This document shows positions 47,886 to 57,181 of a DNA stretch of 64,000 bases, in pieces. The DNA comes from Gemmatimonadales bacterium (lineage in GTDB: Bacteria; Gemmatimonadota; Gemmatimonadetes; Gemmatimonadales; GWC2-71-9). Where the stretch lies: contig JAWKQM010000003.1 in NCBI GenBank assembly GCA_041390145.1, forward strand, positions 24,148 through 88,147. Reading direction: 5' to 3'. The translations under genes were made by a program, and so were the position numbers. How positions within the stretch are numbered: the first letter of the stretch is position 1; each line of letters starts with the position of its first letter. The notes beneath the pieces are model-generated. The model was not told the DNA's origin and ran no database searches. It was given only the letters and a program-made list of their open reading frames with translations.

Positions 47886-49532
47886 GTGAAGCCTTCCCGC
47901 ACGGACCCCCACGCCGGCCGGCTCCGCACCCTGACCGACGAATATCGTGAGTTGGCCCGCCGCCTGGAGCAGGGCGGCGGCGCCAAGCGCGTCGCCAAGA
48001 TGCACGCCAAGGGGCAGCTCTCCCCCCGCGAGCGCGTCGAGCAGCTCCGCGACCCCGGCACACCCTGGGTCGAGATCGGGCTGCTCATCGCCTACGACCA
48101 GTACGACGGCCAGGCACCGGGCGCCGGGGTCATCACCGGCGTCGGCGTCGTCGAGGGGAGGGAGGTCGTGATCGTTTCCAACGACGCGACCGTCAAGGCG
48201 GGATCGTGGTGGCCGGAGACGATCAGGAAGATCCTGCGCGCGCAGGAAGTGGCCATGCGCCAGCGGATCCCGATCATCTACCTGGTGGACAGCGCCGGAG
48301 TGAACCTGCCCTACCAGGGCGGCGTCTTCCCGGGCCAGTACGGCGCGGCCCGGATTTTCTACTACAACTCGATCATGCGTCGCTACCTGCATGTGCCGCA
48401 GGTCAGCGCGGTCATGGGCAGCTGCGTGGCGGGTGGCGCGTACCTCCCGGCGTTGTCCGACGTGATCTTCATGGTCGAGGGCACCAGCTTCATGGGACTC
48501 GGCGGCCCCAATCTCGTGAAGGGCGCGACCGGGCAGACGGTGGATGGCGAGTCGCTTGGCGGGGCGCGTACGCACACCGAAGTGAGCGCCGTCGCCCATT
48601 ATCGCGCCGCGACCGATGTGGAGTGCCTCAAGCGGATTCGCGAATACGTCGGCCGGCTCCCCCGGCTCCCAGGGGTACGGCAGAGCGTGCGCGAGGCGCA
48701 CCCCCCGAAGCGGGACCTGGCCGAACTGTACGACGTGCTCCCGCAGGATCACCGCATGTCGTACGACATGCAGCACCTCCTCGACTGCCTCCTCGACGAC
48801 GGGGCGTTGGACGAGTTCCAGCCCGACGTCGCCAAGGAGATGATCTGCGGGCACGCCCACCTCGAAGGATGGCCGGTGGCGGTCATCGTCAACCGGCGCG
48901 GCCTCGTCAAGGGTGCGGCGGGCACGCGACCCAAGTTCGGTGGCATCGTCTATACCGAGAGCGCCGAGAAGGTGGCCTACTTCATCGAGACGGCCAGCCG
49001 GGAACGAATCCCCCTCCTGTTCATCCAGGATGTGAGCGGCTTCATGGTCGGACCCGAAGCGGAACACTCCGGGATCATCCGGGCGGGCGCGCGGTTCGTC
49101 GAGGCGATGGCCACGGCCGTGGTCCCGAAGATCGTGCTGACGGTGAATCACGCTTCTGGCGCCGGGTACTACGCGATGGCGGGGCAGGGGTTCGATCCCG
49201 ACTTCATCCTCTCCTGGCCCACTGGCCGGATGGCGGTCATGGAGGGGGAGTCGGCGGTCACGGCCGTCCACGGCCCCGATATCGAAAAGGCCCGGCAGGC
49301 GGGCGGCGAGCCGTCCGACGCGGTGCAAGCCTCCATGGACTCGATGCGCGAGGACTATGAGCATCAGCTCGACGCCAAGTTTGCCGCCGCCCGCGGCTAC
49401 GTCGACGCCATCATCACCCCGGAAGAGACGCGCGACCAGCTCGCCTTCCTCCTCCGCACCGTCGCCAATTACGGCGGACCGCATCTCGGTCCCTTTGTCC
49501 TTCCCCCGCTTGATTCGGTGCCCCAGCGCTAA
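47886..49532 (+). CDS. Acyl-CoA carboxylase carboxyltransferase (beta) subunit, MccB/AtuC-like.
   Basis: GTG start. 'VIVSNDATVKAGSWWPETIRKILRAQEVA', 'IYLVDSAGVNLP', 'VMGSCVAGGAYLPALSD'. Confidence 0.85.
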   Translation: MKPSRTDPHAGRLRTLTDEYRELARRLEQGGGAKRVAKMHAKGQLSPRERVEQLRDPGTPWVEIGLLIAYDQYDGQAPGAGVITGVGVVEGREVVIVSNDATVKAGSWWPETIRKILRAQEVAMRQRIPIIYLVDSAGVNLPYQGGVFPGQYGAARIFYYNSIMRRYLHVPQVSAVMGSCVAGGAYLPALSDVIFMVEGTSFMGLGGPNLVKGATGQTVDGESLGGARTHTEVSAVAHYRAATDVECLKRIREYVGRLPRLPGVRQSVREAHPPKRDLAELYDVLPQDHRMSYDMQHLLDCLLDDGALDEFQPDVAKEMICGHAHLEGWPVAVIVNRRGLVKGAAGTRPKFGGIVYTESAEKVAYFIETASRERIPLLFIQDVSGFMVGPEAEHSGIIRAGARFVEAMATAVVPKIVLTVNHASGAGYYAMAGQGFDPDFILSWPTGRMAVMEGESAVTAVHGPDIEKARQAGGEPSDAVQASMDSMREDYEHQLDAKFAAARGYVDAIITPEETRDQLAFLLRTVANYGGPHLGPFVLPPLDSVPQR

Positions 49533-52381
49533 TGCATATTCGTCCAGTCGCACTCCTCGGTGTCTTCGCGCTCGCATGCGCCCCTGCAATCCAGCAGCCC
49601 AAGCCCAACATCGATCCAGGCCGTGCCGAGGCCCCGGTGGTCACGGTGCCGGAACCTGGCACGCCGCCGCCGACGGTGCCGCTCGCTCCGGCAGATGCGG
49701 CCTACGCCAAGGGGTGGATGCCGCTTGCCGCCACGGGCATCCCGGATTTCCTCGCGCTGCATCCCGTATGGGATGGCCGCGGGGTCCTGATCGGCATTCT
49801 CGACAGCGGGATTGACGCCGGTGTCCCCGGTCTGCAGCGGACCCCGAACGGCAGCCCGAAACTGCTCGACCTGCGCGACTTTTCCGGAGAAGGCGCGGTG
49901 ACGCTGTCACCGCTCTCGCCCAAGGGGGACTCGGTCCGCATCGGCGGCATCACGGTCGGCGGGATGAGCCGCGTCCGCGCCCTGAGCGCCGCCGGCCCGT
50001 GGTATGGCGGCATTCTGTACGAACGTCCACTGGGCGACCTCCCTGCCTCGGACCTGAACGGCGACGGCGACAATGCCGACTCGCTGGCGGTCCTGGTGAC
50101 CCAGGCCAGCGACGGCTGGATCGTCATGGTGGACACGGACGGCAACGGTACGTTTGCGGGCGAGCGGCCGGTGCACGACTACCTGCGCGGGCGCGATACC
50201 TTCGGCTGGGCCCAGCCCGGCCAACCCTCGCCGCTTTCGGTGGCGGTCAACATCACCGTGACCGACGGCACGCCCACACTCGACCTCTTCTTCGACACGA
50301 GCGGCCACGGGACGCACGTGGCGGGTATCGCGGCCGGCAACGACATGTACGGCGTCGGCGGGTTCGACGGCGTGGCGCCTGGCGCTCAGCTGCTCGGGCT
50401 CAAGATCGCCAACAACGCCCACGGTGGTGTCACCGTGACAGGCAGCATGCTCTCGGCCATGGACTACGCGATCCGCTTTGCGAAGGCGCGGAAGATGCCG
50501 CTGGTGCTCAACATGAGCTTCGGCGTCGGGAACGAGGCCGAGGGTACCGCCCGGATGGACCGGATCGTGGACTCGGTGCTCGCGGCGAATCCCGATGTGG
50601 TCATGGCCATCAGTGCCGGCAACGAGGGACCGGGGCTGTCCACCGTCGGGTTTCCCGGGTCGGCGAACCTCGTGCTGACCGTGGGCGCCACCTTCCCGCT
50701 TGCATTCCTTGCCGGCGCACCGGAAGACGGCAGCCCCGACCCGGTGGCCTATTTCTCCTCCCGCGGCGGTGAACTCGCGAAGCCGGACATCGTCACGCCC
50801 GGCGTCGCCTTTTCGACGGTGCCCCGATGGAACACCGGCGACGAGCGGAAGGGTGGCACCAGCATGGCGTCGCCCTACGCCGCCGGGTTGCTGGCGCTGC
50901 TCCGTTCGGCTGCGGTTGCCGAGCGGATGACGCCGAACGCACGGCAACTGAAACAGGCGCTGATGGTCACGGCGCGGCCGTTGGTCAACGCCACCTACCT
51001 CGACCAGGGCACCGGCATCCCCAATGTCGGGTCGGCGTGGACGTGGTTGCGCGAAGGCCGCGAGGTTCCGAACGTGGTGAGCTTCGTGCTCGGTGCCACC
51101 CCCGCCGCGTTCGACGAGCCCGGCGGGCACACCGACTCGATGCCGACGTTCTTCGTCGGGGGGACGGCGGACGGGACGCTCACCGCCATCACCCTGCGCA
51201 GTGACAGCCCCTGGCTGGAAACCCCGCCGTCCCTCGGCGAGAGGTACCAGGGGACCACCATCGATGCGGGTGGGGCGGTATCGGGTCGGCTCGTGCGACT
51301 GCGCTACAATTCGAGCAAGCTTGGGACGCCGGGTGCTCATGTCGGGATTGTCACCGGCTGGGGACCCGATACTCTGACCGGCCCGCTCTTCCGTCTCGTC
51401 AACACCGTGGTCGTCCCCGTGCCCTCTGACACCACTCTCGACCGGATTGCCCTGGAAGCCGGATCAACCGAGCGCGCCTTCTTCCCGGTGGACTCCGGCC
51501 GGCCGTTCATGGTACGGATAACGTCCGGTGCGGATAGCCCGACCCTGCTCGGCGCGCTCTTCGCGCCAGGCGGCCGCCCGTCGCTCGACGACAATGTGCT
51601 CCCGGCCGGCGGCGGTGCACCGGCCGAGTTTGTGGTGGATGGGGACGATGCGACCCAGGGACTCTGGGAGGCCGATGCGATCGGGTCACCAGTGGCCCGG
51701 GGAACGACGAGCCTCTCGTTGCAGAGCTCTCCTGTTCGGATCGACCTGGGCCGGAACCCGAAGGGCGTCGACCTCTCGATGGAGAACCTCTCGACGCACG
51801 CCGCCACGCTGCAGGTCGGGGCCGCCCTCATCGGCGGGGAGCGAGGTGCCGTGATCCCGGGGCGGGGAAGCCACGAGGAGTCGATCTCCTTCACCGTGCC
51901 GGCATGGGCGCGCGAGCTCGTGATCGACGCGGTCATGCCGAAGCTCGACTGGCCGCGCTTCACCGACTTTGCCTTCACGCTCTATGACCGCGCCGGGAGA
52001 ATTGTCGCCGAGGAGCCGTTGAACTTCGCCGACGTCAGGTTGCGACTGGAAGTTCCCGACTCGCTTGCCGGAGAGACGCTGACCCTGCGCCTCACCCCGG
52101 CGTTCGCCGACAGTACCGACACGGGGGTCTGGAATCTGAAGGTACGGATCCGGCTTTTTGCCTCGGAGGCCGCTCCGCTCGATGTGGCGAGTGACGAGGA
52201 GCACCGCACGGTCTTTCTCGAGCCGGGTGCCAAGGCGGCCGTTCGGTTCCTGATGGCCACCTCGCCCTGGCCGCTCCCCGATGGGTTCTTCCCGCTGGGG
52301 CAGGGGGTCGTGATGGAGGGTGACACAATTTGGACGCGGACCGGCGGATTGCCGGTCCCGACTGGACCGGTGATGCGATGA
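49532..52381 (+). CDS. Large S8 (subtilase) peptidase, tripeptidyl-peptidase-II-like, with a signal/lipobox.
   Basis: 'VFALAC' lipobox-like. Catalytic triad contexts 'GILDSGID', '[11 protein letters not shown]' and '[11 protein letters not shown]'. 949 aa. Confidence 0.85.
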   Translation: MHIRPVALLGVFALACAPAIQQPKPNIDPGRAEAPVVTVPEPGTPPPTVPLAPADAAYAKGWMPLAATGIPDFLALHPVWDGRGVLIGILDSGIDAGVPGLQRTPNGSPKLLDLRDFSGEGAVTLSPLSPKGDSVRIGGITVGGMSRVRALSAAGPWYGGILYERPLGDLPASDLNGDGDNADSLAVLVTQASDGWIVMVDTDGNGTFAGERPVHDYLRGRDTFGWAQPGQPSPLSVAVNITVTDGTPTLDLFFDTSGHGTHVAGIAAGNDMYGVGGFDGVAPGAQLLGLKIANNAHGGVTVTGSMLSAMDYAIRFAKARKMPLVLNMSFGVGNEAEGTARMDRIVDSVLAANPDVVMAISAGNEGPGLSTVGFPGSANLVLTVGATFPLAFLAGAPEDGSPDPVAYFSSRGGELAKPDIVTPGVAFSTVPRWNTGDERKGGTSMASPYAAGLLALLRSAAVAERMTPNARQLKQALMVTARPLVNATYLDQGTGIPNVGSAWTWLREGREVPNVVSFVLGATPAAFDEPGGHTDSMPTFFVGGTADGTLTAITLRSDSPWLETPPSLGERYQGTTIDAGGAVSGRLVRLRYNSSKLGTPGAHVGIVTGWGPDTLTGPLFRLVNTVVVPVPSDTTLDRIALEAGSTERAFFPVDSGRPFMVRITSGADSPTLLGALFAPGGRPSLDDNVLPAGGGAPAEFVVDGDDATQGLWEADAIGSPVARGTTSLSLQSSPVRIDLGRNPKGVDLSMENLSTHAATLQVGAALIGGERGAVIPGRGSHEESISFTVPAWARELVIDAVMPKLDWPRFTDFAFTLYDRAGRIVAEEPLNFADVRLRLEVPDSLAGETLTLRLTPAFADSTDTGVWNLKVRIRLFASEAAPLDVASDEEHRTVFLEPGAKAAVRFLMATSPWPLPDGFFPLGQGVVMEGDTIWTRTGGLPVPTGPVMR

Positions 52382-53754
52382 CAGGCAAGGTCGTGCGAAT
52401 TGCGGGCGGGCAGGGCTTCTGGGGCGACTGGCTCGAGGCGCCAGTCCGCCAGGTGCGCGACGGCCCCATCGACTACCTGATGATGGACTACCTGGCCGAA
52501 GTCACGATGTCCATCATGCAGAAGCAGCGGTCGCGGAATCCGCACGCGGGTTACGCGCGGGACTTCGTGCCGCTGATGGAGCGGATTCTCCCGGACATCG
52601 TCGAGAAGGGAATCCGCGTCACCTCCAACGCCGGCGGCGTCAATCCGCGCGGGTGCGCGGAAGCGGTGCTCGAGTCGGCGCGGAAGCTCGGGCTCGGCGG
52701 GAAGCTCAAGATCGGCCTGGTCACCGGGGACGACCTCCTCCCGGACCTCGACGCGCTCATCGCCGCCGGCCATGAAATGCGGGACATGGAAACCGGACGC
52801 CCGCTCTCCGACATCCGCAACCGGGTCCTCTCCGCCAACGCCTACCTCGGCATGCAGCCGATGGTCGAGGCGCTGGCACGGGGTGCGCAGGTCGTGATCA
52901 CGGGGCGGGTGACCGACACCGGACTCACCCTGGCCCCGATGTTCCACGAGTTCGGGTGGGATTTTGACGACTGGGACAAGGTCGCCGCGGGCACCGTGGC
53001 GGGCCACATCATTGAATGCGGGGCACAGAGCTCCGGCGGCAACCTGTTGAAGGACTGGCGCACGGTGAAGGGGCTCGCCAACCCCGGCTTCCCGATCGTC
53101 GAGGCCTCTGCCGACGGCAGCTTCGTCGTCACGAAGCACCCCGGCACCGGCGGGGTGGTCTCGATTCCGTCGGTCTCCGAGCAGCTGGTCTACGAGATGG
53201 GCGACCCCCACGAATACATCACGCCGGACGGCGTGGCGGACTTCACCACCATCCAGCTCACGCAGGCCGGGAAGAACCGGGTCAAGGTGAGCGGCATTCG
53301 GGGCGGACCGAAGACCGACAAGCTCAAGGTGTCCATCGCCTACTTCTACGGCTACAAGGCGGTCGGCACCCTCGTATACGGCTGGCCCGACGCCTACGAG
53401 AAGGCCAAGGCCGCCGACGGCATCCTCAGGCAGCGGCTCAAGAACCTCGGGCTGCAGTTCGAACAGATCCTGACCGAGTATGTAGGGGTGGATGCCACCC
53501 ACGGCAGGCTGGCCGGCAAGGCCAGCCCCGACCTGCCAGAGGTGCAGCTCCGGGTCGGCGTCCGGTCGACCGACAAGGCGGCCGTTGAGCGGTTCACCCG
53601 GGAAATTGCCCCCCTGGTCCTGACCGGCCCGCCCAGCGTGACCGGCTTTGCTGGCGGCCGGCCACAGGTCGAGGAAATCGTGGCCTACTGGCCTGCCCTG
53701 ATCGACCGGACCGCCGTCGAACCGGGTGTCCGGGTCGAGATCCTGGAGGCATGA
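52378..53754 (+). CDS. AtuA-like protein (DUF1446, acyclic terpene utilisation family).
   Basis: ATGA overlap with the S8 gene. '[13 protein letters not shown]...[16 protein letters not shown]' and '[14 protein letters not shown]'. Confidence 0.8.
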   Translation: MTGKVVRIAGGQGFWGDWLEAPVRQVRDGPIDYLMMDYLAEVTMSIMQKQRSRNPHAGYARDFVPLMERILPDIVEKGIRVTSNAGGVNPRGCAEAVLESARKLGLGGKLKIGLVTGDDLLPDLDALIAAGHEMRDMETGRPLSDIRNRVLSANAYLGMQPMVEALARGAQVVITGRVTDTGLTLAPMFHEFGWDFDDWDKVAAGTVAGHIIECGAQSSGGNLLKDWRTVKGLANPGFPIVEASADGSFVVTKHPGTGGVVSIPSVSEQLVYEMGDPHEYITPDGVADFTTIQLTQAGKNRVKVSGIRGGPKTDKLKVSIAYFYGYKAVGTLVYGWPDAYEKAKAADGILRQRLKNLGLQFEQILTEYVGVDATHGRLAGKASPDLPEVQLRVGVRSTDKAAVERFTREIAPLVLTGPPSVTGFAGGRPQVEEIVAYWPALIDRTAVEPGVRVEILEA

Positions 53755-54119
53755 TGGCCACCGCCAAGCCCGTTTTGATGCAACTCAGGTATCTGGCCCA
53801 CGCCCGTTCCGGGGACAAGGGGAACACAGCGAATGTCGGCTTGATAGCACTTGAACCTGAATGGTATGATGTTCTGGTTAAACAGGTTACTGTGGCACGG
53901 GTGAGAAGGCACTTTAAGGGAATGGTGAGCGATGTGGAAAGATTCGAGTTGCCGAATCTCCATGCCCTGAACTTCCTCCTCCACGACGCACTCGATGGCG
54001 GCGGGACGATTTCCCTCAAGACCGACGCGCAGGGGAAGGTCTATTCCACGGCATTGCTGCGGATGGAGATTCCGGTGCCGGCCGCGGTGGCGCGCCAGGC
54101 GAAGAAGAGGGCGGCATGA
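53751..54119 (+). CDS. DUF4387-family protein (the usual small partner of AtuA-like proteins).
   Basis: ATGA overlaps on both sides. '[22 protein letters not shown]'. Confidence 0.7.
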   Translation: MMATAKPVLMQLRYLAHARSGDKGNTANVGLIALEPEWYDVLVKQVTVARVRRHFKGMVSDVERFELPNLHALNFLLHDALDGGGTISLKTDAQGKVYSTALLRMEIPVPAAVARQAKKRAA

Positions 54120-54874
54120 CCGACTCCCTCCTCGTGGCGCTCGACGCCGGGGTCCTGACCCTGACCCTCAACCGCCCCGACAAGCGAAACGCTCTCGACA
54201 CCCCGACGCTCGACGCCCTCCACGCCGAGCTGGAGCGCGCCGATCTGGACGCGGAGGTGCGGGTGGTGGCTATCCGGGGGGCCGGGAAGGACTTCTGTGC
54301 CGGGGCCGACCTTGCCGAGCTGCTGGCCAGCGCCGGGCAGACCGCCGAGGAGAACGAGCGGGCGGCGCTCCACCTCGGGGGGCTCTTCGTCAAGTTTCGG
54401 GAATTGCCGAAGCCGGTCGTTGCGGTGGTCCACGGTCGGGCGCTCGCCGGGGGGGCCGGGCTCGCCACCGCCTGCGACCTCGTCCTGTCCACCGCCAGCG
54501 CCAAGTTCGGCTACCCGGAAATCCAGCGCGGCTTCGTGCCCGCCATGGTGATGACACTCCTCCGTCGACTGACGGGAGAAAAGCTCGCCTTCGATCTCGC
54601 CGCCACGGGGCGAGTCCTGACCGCCGTGGAGGCGCACGCTGCCGGCCTGGTCTCCAGGGTCATCGACGACAGGGATTTCGAGGCCGAATCCGCGCGCATA
54701 CTCGGGGCGCTGTCGTCCGCGAGCGGGTCGGCTCTCGCCCTGACCAAACGGCAGTTCTACCAGCTCGACGGGATGAGCTTCGAGGAGGGCATCGCCCTCG
54801 GTGCGCAGGTCAACGCCCTTGCACGGAGCACCCCCGACTTCAAGCGCGCCATCTCGGCCTTCCTCGACAAGTGA
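54116..54874 (+). CDS. Enoyl-CoA hydratase/isomerase (crotonase) family protein.
   Basis: 'LTLNRPDKRNAL', 'AIRGAGKDFCAGADL', 'VHGRALAGGAGLATACDL'. Confidence 0.9.
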   Translation: MTDSLLVALDAGVLTLTLNRPDKRNALDTPTLDALHAELERADLDAEVRVVAIRGAGKDFCAGADLAELLASAGQTAEENERAALHLGGLFVKFRELPKPVVAVVHGRALAGGAGLATACDLVLSTASAKFGYPEIQRGFVPAMVMTLLRRLTGEKLAFDLAATGRVLTAVEAHAAGLVSRVIDDRDFEAESARILGALSSASGSALALTKRQFYQLDGMSFEEGIALGAQVNALARSTPDFKRAISAFLDK

Positions 54875-55062
54875 ACCCACTCCGGCTCTTTACCGCCCTG
54901 ATGGGCTTCCTGGCGGCGGCGCTCGCCATCGCCCGGGACGACAGCACACTCGTGTGGATCGCGATCGGCCTGCTCGGCTCCTCCATGGCGGTCCGGATTG
55001 TTCAGAAGCTCCAGTCGAAGGATCGGCCGGACGATGCCGACCCATCCGACCGCGACAGCTGA
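54871..55062 (+). CDS. 63-aa two-TM small membrane protein (tentative).
   Basis: GTGA overlap with the crotonase stop. 'LFTALMGFLAAALAIA...LVWIAIGLLGSSMAV'. Confidence 0.4.
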   Translation: MNPLRLFTALMGFLAAALAIARDDSTLVWIAIGLLGSSMAVRIVQKLQSKDRPDDADPSDRDS

Positions 55063-55133
55063 CCCGCGTTTGCAGGCACCTCAGCGCAGGCCCCCGGTGA
55101 CACCACCGACCGACTGAAGCCCCATCGTACGGG

Positions 55134-56498
55134 GTGACGACTCCCCTCCCCGCGCGCCTCGCCCTCGCCCGTGCTGCCCTCCTTCGCCATTTCGGTTTCC
55201 CCGATTTCCGCCCCGCCCAGCGGCGAGTGGTCCAGTCCGTCCTTGCGGGGCGCGATACGCTGGCCGTGCTTCCGACCGGAGGCGGCAAGTCGGTCTGCTT
55301 CCAGGTGCCGGCGCTGGTGCTTGACGGCCTGACGGTGGTCGTTTCGCCGCTCCTCTCGCTGATGCAGGACCAGGTGGAGTCGGCGCGGAGGCGCGGGATG
55401 GCCGCCGCGGCGCTCAACAGCGCCCAGGAACCGGTGGCACAGCGCGCCGTGCTCGAGGCGGTCAGGGCGGGTGAGGTCAAGCTGCTCTACGTCTCACCGG
55501 AGCGGCTCGAGCGGCTGGCGGGGCGGCTGACCGCGCTCGGCGTGCGGGTGGGGCTGCTGGCGGTGGACGAGGCGCACTGCATCAGCGAGTGGGGTCATGA
55601 TTTTCGGCCGAGCTATCGGCTGCTCCTGCAGGCGCGCATCCGGCTTGGTCGTCCCCCCGTGGTGGCCCTCACCGGCAGCGCGACGCCGGAGGTCCGGCAG
55701 GACATCGCCACGTCGCTCCGGCTCGGGGCCGGTGGGCGCTGGGACCTCCATCTCGATTCCTTCGACCGGGCCAATCTCTGGTTCGGCGTGGAGCGGGTGA
55801 AGACCGACCGGGATCGGTTCCGCGTGCTCATATCGCAACTCGCCCCGCGGCGCGGCACGGCCATCGTCTATGGCCCCACGCGCCGGATCACGGAGGGGCT
55901 GGCGCGGTCCATTCACTACGCGGGCTTTCGGTCCGCGGCGTATCACGCGGGACTCGATCGCGAACGCCGGGAGGAGGTGCTGCATCGCTTCCTGTCGGGC
56001 GGGCTCGATGTGGTGACGGCCACGAGTGCCTTCGGCATGGGCATCGACAAGCCCGACGTGCGGGTGGTGGTCCATTGGATGACGCCACCGACGCCGGAGT
56101 CGTATTACCAGGAGGCGGGCAGGGCAGGGCGGGACGGCGCTCCGTCGCGCTGTGTACTCCTGTTCGCCAAGGGAGACGCGGCACTGCACCGGCGTCAGCT
56201 CAACGTCACCTTCCCGGCGGAGCGAACGGTCGAAGCGGCGTGGAGGGACCCTGCGGCGCTGGCCAAACTGCCGGCAAATGTGAAGGAGTCGGTCGAACGA
56301 TTGCGGAAGGAACTCGGTGTCGATGGCACCGCTACCGATTGGAGGCGGGTCCGCGAGCGCCGGAAACGCGCGGAGGCGCGCATTGCGGCGATGGAACGGT
56401 ATGCGTCCGCCGCGCGATGCCGCCGCGGTGCGCTGCTGCGCTACTTTGGCGAGAAGCTGGAGCGATGCGCCGGTTGTGACAGGCACTCGGTGCGCTAG
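55134..56498 (+). CDS. recQ: RecQ-family DNA helicase, short form ending just after the Zn-binding module.
   Basis: 'PTGGGKSVCFQVPAL', 'DEAHCISEWGHDFRPSY', 'ATSAFGMGIDKPDVR', 'CRRGALLRYFGE...CAGCD'. GTG start. Confidence 0.85.
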   Translation: MTTPLPARLALARAALLRHFGFPDFRPAQRRVVQSVLAGRDTLAVLPTGGGKSVCFQVPALVLDGLTVVVSPLLSLMQDQVESARRRGMAAAALNSAQEPVAQRAVLEAVRAGEVKLLYVSPERLERLAGRLTALGVRVGLLAVDEAHCISEWGHDFRPSYRLLLQARIRLGRPPVVALTGSATPEVRQDIATSLRLGAGGRWDLHLDSFDRANLWFGVERVKTDRDRFRVLISQLAPRRGTAIVYGPTRRITEGLARSIHYAGFRSAAYHAGLDRERREEVLHRFLSGGLDVVTATSAFGMGIDKPDVRVVVHWMTPPTPESYYQEAGRAGRDGAPSRCVLLFAKGDAALHRRQLNVTFPAERTVEAAWRDPAALAKLPANVKESVERLRKELGVDGTATDWRRVRERRKRAEARIAAMERYASAARCRRGALLRYFGEKLERCAGCDRHSVR

Positions 56499-56505
56499 GT
56501 TCTGC

Positions 56506-56553
56506 CCCGCATACCCGCTTACCCGCTTACCCGCTTACCCGCTTCCCCGCCTA
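56506..56553. repeat. Tandem octamer repeat: six units of CCCGCTTA (the outer units are degenerate).
   Basis: Read directly: CCCGCATA CCCGCTTA CCCGCTTA CCCGCTTA CCCGCTTC CCCGCCTA. The last unit contains the stop codon of the minus-strand gene. Confidence 0.9.
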
Positions 56554-57027
56554 CTTCAGGCTCAGCGCCGCGGTATCCGCGCCACTCGCGACAAAGATGC
56601 CGCGAGCCTGGCCCGTCCCCAGGCGCACCTGCAGGGTCGTCGCGTCGTCCGGCGTCCGCATTCGGAGCGACGGTGCGCCGCTGCGCTGCAGGTTCAGCGT
56701 GACGACCGGCTGAGCCACGGTGTCGAGCAGGAACATCGCAGGCCGCCCCGTGGGATCAACGAGGAAGCCGGCACGCCAGAGCCCGCGGTCGTCCTGCAGG
56801 TTCAAGCCGACACCGGCCGCGTCATACGCGAAGGTGCCGCGCGTCGCGCCGGCGTCATCGGTCACCACGAACCCCTTCGCCTCGATGACCCCGTTCCTGG
56901 GCCACACCCGCCCCCACATCAGGCTCAGGATGGAGAGGATCAGGGTGAGCAGCACGGTCCACCGCAGGCTCCGGTTGTGCTTTTCAAGTACCCGCACCCG
57001 TGATTCGATTTCCTCGACGTCTGACAC
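56551..57027 (-). CDS. Membrane-anchored hypothetical protein.
   Basis: GTG at 57027 is preceded by AAGGGGG. N-terminal 'EEIESRVRVLEKHNRSLRWTVLLTLILSILSLMW' is followed by a beta-rich domain. Confidence 0.5.
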   Translation of the reverse strand: MSDVEEIESRVRVLEKHNRSLRWTVLLTLILSILSLMWGRVWPRNGVIEAKGFVVTDDAGATRGTFAYDAAGVGLNLQDDRGLWRAGFLVDPTGRPAMFLLDTVAQPVVTLNLQRSGAPSLRMRTPDDATTLQVRLGTGQARGIFVASGADTAALSLK

Positions 57028-57157
57028 GTAGCCCCCTTGTGCATCGATGCATGTTGCCCAACAGATTGTCACCCCGGCGACAGCCGGGGTCCATATGCTC
57101 CCGGGTACATGGATACGGGCTTGCGCCGGGATGACAGCTCGTCCGACGTATACCTGT

Positions 57158-57181
57158 CTCCCTGCCTCCCTGCCTCCCTGA
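57158..57181. repeat. Tandem octamer repeat: three units of CTCCCTGC.
   Basis: Read directly: CTCCCTGC CTCCCTGC CTCCCTGA. It abuts the stop codon (57182-57184) of the minus-strand pseudogene. Confidence 0.85.

Noticed and set aside
56506-57181. Possibility that the octamer arrays are a CRISPR array or a mobile-element end.
   Set aside because: The units are only 8 nt with no spacers. No cas, transposase or integrase genes and no flanking inverted repeats or target duplications were seen. They are treated as simple tandem repeats.
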